64,000 nt of DNA from NCBI RefSeq assembly GCF_039654945.1, contig NW_027361850.1, positions 9,114,001 through 9,178,000 of the forward strand, in the 5' to 3' direction. Position numbers and translations under genes: made by a program. Every line of letters starts with the position of its first letter. Position 1 is the stretch's first letter. Shown one piece after another: positions 27,207 to 36,499 of this stretch. The notes below the pieces were generated by a model. It saw only the letters and a program-made list of their open reading frames with translations. It ran no database searches and had not been told where the DNA came from. This DNA is from Dendrobates tinctorius (lineage: Eukaryota).

Positions 27207-29640
27207 TGTCATGCCCGCCATGTCTATTATGTCGCATGACTCCTGGAGCAGTGTGCACATGCACTGAATTCTCATGCCCGTTATGTCTCGAGCTGCAAGA
27301 TGCCTGGAGCAGTGTGCACATGCGCCTTACCTCATGGCTGCACGCCGTTGCTAGGTAACCATCCGTCTCTGCTCTGATTCTGCAATCCTCTGTATTCCTG
27401 GAACCCCTGATCATGTGACCTTTCCTATGTTCTAGCACTGTCTGATTCTGCAATCCTCTATGTATTTCTGGAAACCCTGATCATGTGACCTTCTCTATGG
27501 TTCAGCCCAGTCTGATCTAGCAATGCTCTCTATGATCCTGGAGGATCTGAACCGGAAGGCTTTCCCTGATCCTCACCCGGAAGTGCAGGTGCTATGGTGC
27601 TATATCAGACCGCCCCTTCCTATGGTCGGGGGCCTGAGTATTGTGTTGCTTCCCTGCATGGCTGCTTGGTCTGCTCGGTCACTCCCTGTATTCTGTGTCC
27701 CTGCACTCTGCTCTGTGCTTGTACTCTGTCTCTTGTCTCGTGCCATGTCCTGTGTTGTCTCTCATGCCATGTTTGTCCTTTCCTTGCTTTGCCTTGTGGT
27801 ACTTCCGCTGTTCTCTGCCTTAGCCTGTTTTGCTATGTCTCGCCTTAGCTATTCTTTGACTTGTAGTCCTTCCTCTGTTCTCTACCTTGCCTGTTTCGCC
27901 ATGTCTGGCCTTTGCTATTCTGAGCCTTGTAGTACTTCCGCTGTTCTCTGCCTTAGCCTGTTTTGCTATGTCTTGCCTAAGTTCTTCCTTGCTCTTACCT
28001 ATGGTGCTCTGTAGTGCCTCCTGGCACACGCACCATTCCTCCTCTCTTACCTTTTGTGCTCTCTTGCACATTTCTACGCTAGTCTCAAGGTTCTCCCTTG
28101 ACCCGGCTCTGGGCTTCGGCCTACGCTCCAGTGCTAGCTCTGTTCTCGCTCTGACCTGGCTCTGTGTTTCTGCCTACGTTCCGCTCATTGTTCCGTACCC
28201 TGCCTAGCTTTGCCTTGTTTCTTGCTTTGCCTTGCCTTGTTTCTTCATGTGCCCTTTGCATGTGCCTGGCCTTCCTAGCCTCCTGCTTGTGCCTCAGCCG
28301 TGCCCGCCCTAGCCGTGCCCGCCTGTTTGTGCCTCAGCCGTGCTCATCGGTCAGTGGCAGCTGTGTCGCCTGCAATGCCCTGGAGTCTTGCCCGCCTGTT
28401 TGTGCTGCAGCCCGTCCAGCTAGCCAGTGCCCCAGCCGTGCTCTCTGTGCTTCCTTGCACCTACGATGTCTCTGCACTGTGCTCTCCGTGCATCTCTTAG
28501 CACGCGCAGGCCCTCGCCTGCCCCGTGGCATACCTCCCCGTGCTTCTGTAAAAGTACGCGCAGGTCTAGCCATGTACCCTGTTGTGCCCTCTCGCATGCA
28601 CAGGTCCTACACTGAACTCTGTCCCTGGCGTGCCCTCTGCACGCGCAGGACTCTGCTTTTAACCCTGACCCTGGCGTGCCCTCTGCATGCGCAGGACTCT
28701 GCCTTGAACCCTGAGCCTGGCGTGCCCCTCTGCACGCACAGGACTCTGCCTTGAACCCTGACCCTGGCGTGCCCCTCTGCACGCACAGGACTCTGCCTTG
28801 AACCCTGACCCTGGCGTGCCCCTCTGCACGCACAGGACTCTGCCTTGAACTATGACCCTGGCGTGCCCTCTGCACGCGCAGGACTCTGCCTTGTCCCTTG
28901 TGCCTTGGCGTGTCTCTATACACGCATCCAGTCTTGTATGTTGAACTTTGAACCCTGGCGCGTCCCCTACACACGCACCGTGTTTCACACTGTGAACCTG
29001 GCGTGTCCCCTACACACGCACCTTGCCCTTTGCCCTGGACCCTGGTGTGCCTCTAGCATGCACCCTGCCTGGAATCTTGCCTTGGACCTCGGTGTATTCC
29101 CTAACACGCACCATGCCTGGAGATCCGTCGTGCCTCCTTGCTTGTACCCTGGTTTGCCTGCTGGATTCCCGGAGCCTGCCATCCCTGCCAGAGATCGTAA
29201 GCATGAAGTCTACAGCCTGATCCCTGCAGCTGTCCGGAGTCCGATGTCATCGTGTCCTTGCCGGTAACCAGGCTTGCCTTCTAGCACGTACTATTCCATG
29301 GACCATGGCGTGCCATGCATGCACCTTGCCGTGTTTGCTTGTTATCATGTTTTGCACTGAATGTTATCCTGAATTTGTCTTAATGAAGATACCTTGAACT
29401 TATGTCTTGTCCTGTCTTGTTTCCTGCACGTCCTTGTCGTCTGACACTCGTACCTAGTGTCTGTGAGCCGGCCGTCTGGTGCCAGCAGTCGTGGTGGCTC
29501 ACCCCCTTGGTCTTGTCCCTGACACTCCCTGTATAGGGGGTGGTTCCTCACAAAGTCAGCTCGCCCTAGGTCGGTGGGTGCCACGACTCAGAGGGTCCAC
29601 TCTAAAGAAAGTCGACTCAGCGTAAGCTGACCTCGTCACA
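27207..29640 (+). mobile_element. Very long solo LTR (C, 2434 bp) inserted in the RT of element B
   Basis: TGTCATG..CGTCACA termini, 5-bp TSD GTGTA/GTTTA, B reading frame continuous across it (FLGYVMS|TQGISMD); 3' end shares CCCTGTATAGGGG and CAGAGGGTCCACTC with LTR D; ~44-bp internal repeats at 28600-29050. Confidence 0.8.
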
Positions 29641-29645
29641 GTTTA

Positions 29646-30350
29646 GACATTACGTACCCCAGAAATTGAATTTCGGTCTTATGGAATTCACACTTTTCAA
29701 GTTTGATGTAAAGATGGTTCTGTCTTAGGCATTCTAGAACCATTCTCACATATCCATGATGTTCCTCTCTGGAGTTAGAAAAAATTAAAATATCATCCAG
29801 ATAAATCACCACGAATGTATCTAGGAGATCCCTGAAGATGTCATTCACCAAGTGTTGGAAAGTGGCTGGGGCGTTACACAGTCCAGAAGGCATGACTAGA
29901 TATTCAAAGTGTCCGTAGCGTGACCTGAATGCAGTCTTCCAATCATCTCCAGGTCTAATACGGACAACGTTATAGGCCCCACCGAGATCCAGTTTAGAGA
30001 AAATTTTGGCATGCCGCACTCTCTCCAATAACTCCGGCATCAAAGGCAATGGATAACGGTTTCTAACAGTAACCTTATTGAGCTCCCTATAGTCTATGCA
30101 GGGTTTCAGCGATCCATCCTTCTTCTTTACAAAGAAGATGGGTGCACCTGCAGGAGATGAAGAGTGGCGTATGAAGCCCTTGGCTAGATTTTTGTCTATA
30201 TAGTCCTTCAAGGCCTTTAGCTCAGGCCCCGCCAGGGGGTAGATCATACCAAAAGGTATCTCTGCTCCAGGCAATAATTCAATTGGAAAATCATATGGAC
30301 GGTGAGGGGGAAGCTGGTCAGCATTCTTCTTGTCACACACATCCGCTTAG
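29646..30350 (-). pseudogene. Reverse transcriptase of Gypsy B
   Basis: [36 protein letters not shown]. Confidence 0.95.
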
Positions 30351-30366
30351 TCCTGGTGTACAGCTG

Positions 30367-32616
30367 TAAAAAACAAATCTGAACTGAGAAAAGTAAGTTA
30401 ATGTGTATGCACAATGTAAGTGCATATTAACACATGACCATTAACCAGAGAAAACAAAAAGCAAAAAACACAAATATCCTGAACTAAAAGTAAAAAATAC
30501 TGTAAATAATGCATAAAGGTAATAATAATAATAAGGGTATTTAGTAAACATAATTTTGATCAAAATAATGTACAAGCCATCCCGCCACGTCACGGCAACC
30601 CTTGTGGGACAGTCCCTACTCTAGTATTTAAAACCTTTTCACTTGCCAAGTGGCGTGAATGTGAATAAGGGTCGAGCGGCTGAACCACTAGTAACAGCTT
30701 AGGCCAGACTGGATGGCTTTCCCAGCTCAGAAAGAGGGCGGTCACACCCATATATGCACTGAATGCACAATGAAATGAATAAAAAACAAATCTGAACTGA
30801 GAAAAGTAAGTTAATGTGTATGCACAATGTAAGTGCATATTAACACATGACCATTAACCAGAGAAAACAAAAAGCAAAAAACACAAATATCCTGAACTAA
30901 AAGTAAAAAATATACTGCAAATAATGCATAAAGGTAATAATAATAATAAGGGTATTTAGTAAACATAATTTTGATCAAAATAATGTACAAGCCATCCCGC
31001 CACGTCACGGCAACCCTTGTGGGACAGTCCCTACTTTATTCATTTCATTGTGCATTCAGTGCATATATGGGTGTGACCGCCCTCTTTCTGAGCTGGGAAA
31101 GCCATCCAGTCTGGCCTAAGCTGTTATTAGTGGTTCAGCCGCTCGACCCTTATTCACATTCACGCCACTTGGCAAGTGAAAAGGTTTTAAATACTAGAGT
31201 AGGGACTGTCCCACAAGGGTTGCCGTGACGTGGCGGGATGGCTTGTACATTATTTTGATCAAAATTATGTTTACTAAATACCCTTATTATTATTATTACC
31301 TTTATGCATTATTTGCAGTATATTTTTTACTTTTAGTTCAAGATATTTGTGTTTTTTGCTTTTTGTTTTCTCTGGTTAATGGTCATGTGTTAATATGCAC
31401 TTACATTGTGCATACACATTAACTTACTTTTCTCAGTTCAGATTTGTTTTTTATTCATTTCATTGTGCATTCAGTGCATATATGGGTGTGACCGCCCTCT
31501 TTCTGAGCTGGGAAAGCCATCCAGTCTGGCCTAAGCTGTTACTAGTGGTTCAGCCGCTCGACCCTTATTCACATTCACGCCACTTGGCAAGTGAAAAGGT
31601 TTTAAATACTAGAGTAGGGACTGTCCCACAAGGGTTGCCGTGACGTGGCGGGATGGCTTGTACATTATTTTGATCAAAATTATGTTTACTAAATACCCTT
31701 ATTATTATTATTACCTTTATGCATTATTTGCAGTATATTTTTTACTTTTAGTTCAGGATATTTGTGTTTTTTGCTTTTTGTTTTCTCTGGTTAATGGTCA
31801 TGTGTTAATATGCACTTACATTGTGCATACACATTAACTTACTTTTCTCAGTTCAGATTTGTTTTTTATTCATTTCATTGTGCATTCAGTGCATATATGG
31901 GTGTGACCGCCTTCTTTCTGAGCTGGGAAAGCCATCCAGTCTGGCCTAAGCTGTTACTAGTGGTTCAGCCGCTCGACCCTTATTCACATTCACGCCACTT
32001 GGCAAGTGAAAAGGTTTTAAATACTAGAGTAGGGACTGTCTCACAAGGGTTGCCGTGACGTGGCGGGATGGCTTGTACATTATTTTGATCAAAATTATGT
32101 TTACTAAATACCCTTATTATTATTATTACCTTTATGCATTATTTGCAGTATATTTTTTACTTTTAGTTCAGGATATTTGTGTTTTTTGCTTTTTGTTTTC
32201 TCTGGTTAATGGTCATGTGTTAATATGCACTTACATTGTGCATACACATTAACTTACTTTTCTCAGTTCAGATTTGTTTTTTATTCATTTCATTGTGCAT
32301 TCAGTGCATATATGTGTGTGACCGCCCTCTTTCTGAGCTGGGAAAGCCATCCAGTCTGGCCTAAGCTGTTACTAGTGGTTCAGCCGCTCGACCCTTATTC
32401 ACATTCACGCCACTTGGCAAGTGAAAAGGTTATAAATACTAGAGTAGGGACTGTCCCATAAGGGTTGCCGTGACGTGGCGGGATGGCTTGTACATTATTT
32501 TGATCAAAATTATGTTTACTAAATACCCTTATTATTATTATTACCTTTATGCATTATTTGCAGTATATTTTTTACTTTTAGTTCAGGATATTTGTGTTTT
32601 TTGCTTTTTGTTTTCT
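30367..32616 (+). repeat. Retroposed multimer of a 415-bp non-coding unit: 1.6 inverted copies (30367-31034) plus 3.8 direct copies (31036-32621)
   Basis: Unit starts at 31036, 31451, 31866, 32281; flanked by the 14-bp duplication CTGGTGTACAGCTG (30353-30366, 32617-32630). Confidence 0.95.
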
Positions 32617-32630
32617 CTGGTGTACAGCTG

Positions 32631-34000
32631 GTAGTTCCAGGACTGACATGGTTCCTTTAGGAACAGAGCAAACTTCTGGACTCATCTGTTTCTCCGGAAA
32701 GTGTAGTTCCTTGGTCTCCCAGTTAATTGTAGGGTTCTGAGCCTGCAACCATGGCAGCCCTAGAATAATGGGAAAGTGGGGAGAAGAGATAAGCATAAAA
32801 GACGGTTTCTCCTGATGATCTTTACCCATAAGGACCTTCAAAGGCTCCGTTTCCTGATCCACTGGTCCAGAGGTCAGCAGGGAGCCATCCACAGTCTCCA
32901 TCTGTACTGGAGTAGCCTTCTTCACTGAACGTATCCCATGTTTCAAAGCAAAGGAAATATCCATAAAATTGCCACTCGCCCCTGAGTCGATCATAGCAGA
33001 GCTAGACACCCAGACAGAGTCAACCCAGAGTTTAAATGGAAAGGAAGCAATGAGAATTGTTCTTCTTACAGCTCAGCTGGGACACTGCTGAGGAAACTTG
33101 AAAAATTGCTGCGTTTACACAGTCATCGGCCTCAGAACTAACAGAGTTTAAGTCCGAGAAATCAATAGCTATGGCTGCAGATCTCTCTGGAGCCTGAGGC
33201 TCAGACATGACAGACCTCCTTTCGCAACACTCACAGTGAATGACTGCTGCAGTCGTCTTACGAGAATGGCTGGGGCAGTTTATAATGAAGTGCCCTGACT
33301 TACCGCAGTAGAAACATAGATTTTCCTTTAGGCGATGTTCCTTGCGTGCATCACTAACCCGTCTCTGTACTAAGTCCACCTGCATGGGTTCAGGTTCTGG
33401 TTCCCTTGTGATTCTACTCAAAGTTTCCTTAGCTGGGGAGGAAGGTAGGAAAAAGTTAGTGCAATTACTTTCGAACCATCTCTCCTGTCTGCGTTCAGTT
33501 AGACAAGCATCGATACGGATGCAGTAGTTAATAAATTCACCTATCGCAGTGGGAGGGTCTGCTCGAGCAAGTTCATCTTTAATCAGAGGAGACAACCCCT
33601 TCCGAAAAATAGATTTTTTTAGCGGAACTGTCCCAGGTGGTATCAAGAGCCCATCTTCTGAAATCCAAGGCATATTCGGCTACTGAGCGCTTACCTTGGC
33701 ACAAAGCTAACGTGGCTGCTTCAGCTGTTGCACCTCGGTTGGGGTCATCAAACACCTGCCCCATGGCTTCGGTTGGGGTCATCAAACACCTGCCCCATGG
33801 CTGAAATGAAAGCATCCAGATGATTCAAACATTCATCCTCAGTCTCAATCAGGGGGATTTGCCCAAATCAGAGCCTTGTTGGTAAGCAGCATGATTATAG
33901 TAAGTAGTTTGGACCGTTAAGTGGGAAATTGTGAAACGTGCAAAGAAAAATAGGTTGCCTTGGTTAATAAATCCCCTGAATTTTTCACGTTCACAGCCAA
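32631..34000 (-). pseudogene. gag and protease of Gypsy B
   Basis: LCQGKRSVAEYALDFR, EPMQVD, CFYCGKSGHFIINC, MIDSGASGNF, ILGLPWL. Confidence 0.9.
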
Positions 34001-34268
34001 AACGAAAAGGGGGTAATATATGTTCGGGGGCTATCTATTCCTTTGGGGTTCTACTCCAGGGCAGTTTAGCTTTCCCATTTCTCTCTTTAGGCTTAGTTAA
34101 TTCTGTGGCTGTGTTGAGGCGTCTAGGACATCGTAGGTACGTCCCACAGCTAATTCTAGTTGTGTTGTCAGTTTAGGGGTCTGCAATCCGCTAAGCTACC
34201 AACCTCTCTGGTTATCTGGTTGCCTTTTCTATTCCCCTGTTATCCTCCTCGGTTACCTAATGATAACA

Positions 34269-34640
34269 CTCTCCTGTGTGACACAGTCTGCTGAGCCATG
34301 TATATAATCCTATCCTGTTAGATACTGCCTGCTGAGCCGTGTATCTAATCCTCTCCTGTGTGATACTGTCTGCTGAGCCATGTATCTAATCCTATCCTGT
34401 GTGATACTGTGTGCTGAGCCATGTATCTAATCCTATCCTGTGTGATACTGGCTGCTGATCTGTGTATCTAATCCTATCCTGTGTGATACTGTCTGCTGAG
34501 CCGTGTATCTAATTCTCTCCTGTGTGATACAGTATGCTGAGCCGTGTATCCAATCCTATCCTGTGTGATACTGTCTGCTAACCTGTGTATCTAATCCTAT
34601 CCTGTGTGATACTGACTGCTGAGCTGTGTATCTAATCCTC
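34269..34640. repeat. 41-bp tandem repeat, about 9 copies
   Basis: CTATCCTGTGTGATACTGTCTGCTGAGCCGTGTATCTAATC units. Confidence 0.9.
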
Positions 34641-34641
34641 C

Positions 34642-35303
34642 CCTGACCAAGTCACGTGCTTCCATTTAACCAATAGCAGCTTGTAAAAGTGGCGCATGCG
34701 CCGAGGAGACGGCAGGTCCTGCATACATCCTGGCGTCACCTCCTCAACGCACATCACCAACGGGGCGGGGTGTGAATCCCGGACCATGGGCGAGTGCGAG
34801 TTGCAGACGCCGTTCAGATGCGGGGGAATCGGCGTCTAACTCTCCCACATGCGCACCGCTGCTGTAACAGACACACAGTCTGTGTGTCACTAAGGGGAGG
34901 AAAAGGGGCGGCGTACAATTCAGGTAGTCCAACATATATAACATGTCATTTTAATCCCTGCATAGAATCAGACAGTAAAAGCAATAGCTATCTGACGCTG
35001 GGCGAAACGCACGTCGGGGGTCCTCTACAGATCCACATTAGGTGTCCCATCTGGCCTTTACTGGTAAGCGCTGTCCTGGTATATTGTTTTTTGATCCCAC
35101 ATGGGTAGCATGTAACTTTTTCTGAGCGGCTCACTGCTGAGACTGTCTTTCACTTACTATCAGTATGGCTCATCGTAGTGATGGGGATTTTTCTGTATGG
35201 TTTTCATCCTGGGCACAGTGTTGACGTTTTTATAAAGGCTATTCTGGCCCCCAATTTTGAGAGATTGTACACACGCTCTGTTTGTTTCAGGGCAACTAGC
35301 ATA

Positions 35304-35362
<59 letters not shown>

Positions 35363-35620
35363 TTATTGTACGGGGTTCATATACGCCTGAATATTCATTA
35401 TATCATGTATACTGTGACCAACCTTCATTTTTCCTTCCCCCCCCCCCCTTTGTGTATCTTATATTGTGTCAATTTTTCTACGGAATCTTTTCACCATTTA
35501 TATATGCTGTAATACGTATGATAATAAATTTTTGCTATTTCATATGCTCCTTTGTCCTCCTACTTTTCATTCGTTCATGGAGCTTGAGCTTTTCTTTTTT
35601 CTAAATAATTCTTCTGTGCC
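34642..35620 (+). mobile_element. Solo PLE pseudo-LTR remnant with a degenerate hammerhead 3' half
   Basis: GAAACGCACGTCGGGG at 35004 (same tail as the 26071 motif), GGTAAG donor, AT-rich tail with AATAAA. Confidence 0.55.
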
Positions 35621-36499
35621 ACTGTGCACTTTGTGCCTCTGATAATATCATGCTACCTGGTATTGTTCTCAGAAATAGAATGATGTCTGTACAGGTTAGA
35701 GCGAACTTAGGCTTTTACGCCTGCAGGAGATCTTGAGGTAAAAACCTCCTCCACGTGGGTTCTGCTCTCCCTGAAGGCATCCCTCAGACTAAAGAACATT
35801 CTAGACTTGCATGGAAAAACAGCTCCTCCATTTGACCATGTGACTAGGAGCTGGCCAATAGAAGACCGAATTCACATCTCAGATGCTTACAAAACAATAA
35901 TTAAGTTATTGTACACTTTCACCATTAGATGGCAACAGAACACAGCAAACAAGAAATGCATTGCATCTAAAATGAAGGTGACTAGAAATGGAGAATTACA
36001 GCTCACAAATAATGTAAAGGGCCAGTTAGAGAGTGAGCAGTAGTGTACAGAAACTACTCACAATTCAGTATTTCTTAAAGGGACAGACACACTCTGGACT
36101 GGGTCACTACATACTTCCCCTCTGAAGATAAGCCGTCCTCGGCGACTGTGCGAGTGGTGGACTACTAAAGAAAGAAATATACAGGTAATGTAAAGCAACA
36201 CCAAGGCAAGCATGCTCAGATATATGGGAGAACAATATGCAATAAACATCTGCAAAACAAGAAGGTGGAAGTGCCAGTGTGAAATAGAGTCTCTTTCCGC
36301 AATATACTATCGTCCATATGAAAGGCTCTGGAAAGGCAATTTAGTGGCAACCACCAGTCCATAATAAGTCCACGGCTGCATAGAAAATAATGCAAACAAT
36401 AAGCAAAGTGCATGGTATTATCTAGGTGCAGAGGTGTAAACATTACTAAACTGACTAGCTAACTAAATGTACATATGAAACAGGATATTATTTTTTTTT

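Larger units (their letters stand above)
20501..34013 (-). mobile_element. Gypsy element B (chromovirus): 3' LTR 20501-21043, 5' end deleted, interrupted three times
   Basis: TG..CA LTR with PPT AGGGGGGAGTAA; on the minus strand gag (33030-34000), protease (32630-33030), RT (29646-30350, 26870-27206), RH/integrase/chromodomain (21055-22683). Confidence 0.92.
14628..34268 (+). mobile_element. Gypsy element A (outermost, degraded): 5' LTR part 14628-15408, gag-protease 19130-20500, 3' LTR remnant ~34014-34268
   Basis: 15170-15408 and 34014-34268 are diverged direct repeats ending in ATAACA; the leader is split by a hAT MITE; pol is cut at NLSVPEHDA by element B. Confidence 0.85.

Noticed and set aside
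30445-30457. ACCAGAGAAAACA resembling hairpin-ribozyme loop B
   Set aside because: The partner strand (GUAUAUUAC-CUGG) and loop A are absent on that strand.
31485-31660. Type I hammerhead using GAAAGCCATCC/GGATGGCTT as stem III
   Set aside because: No CUGANGA core is present (GTGACCG would need several changes) and stem I is unconvincing.
30367-32616. CRISPR-like array, or repeated 65- and 82-aa ORFs
   Set aside because: There are no variable spacers or cas genes and the context is eukaryotic. The ORFs are low-complexity with no recognisable domain.
33736-33802. 34-bp tandem duplication in Gypsy B gag
   Set aside because: It is an ordinary inactivating duplication.
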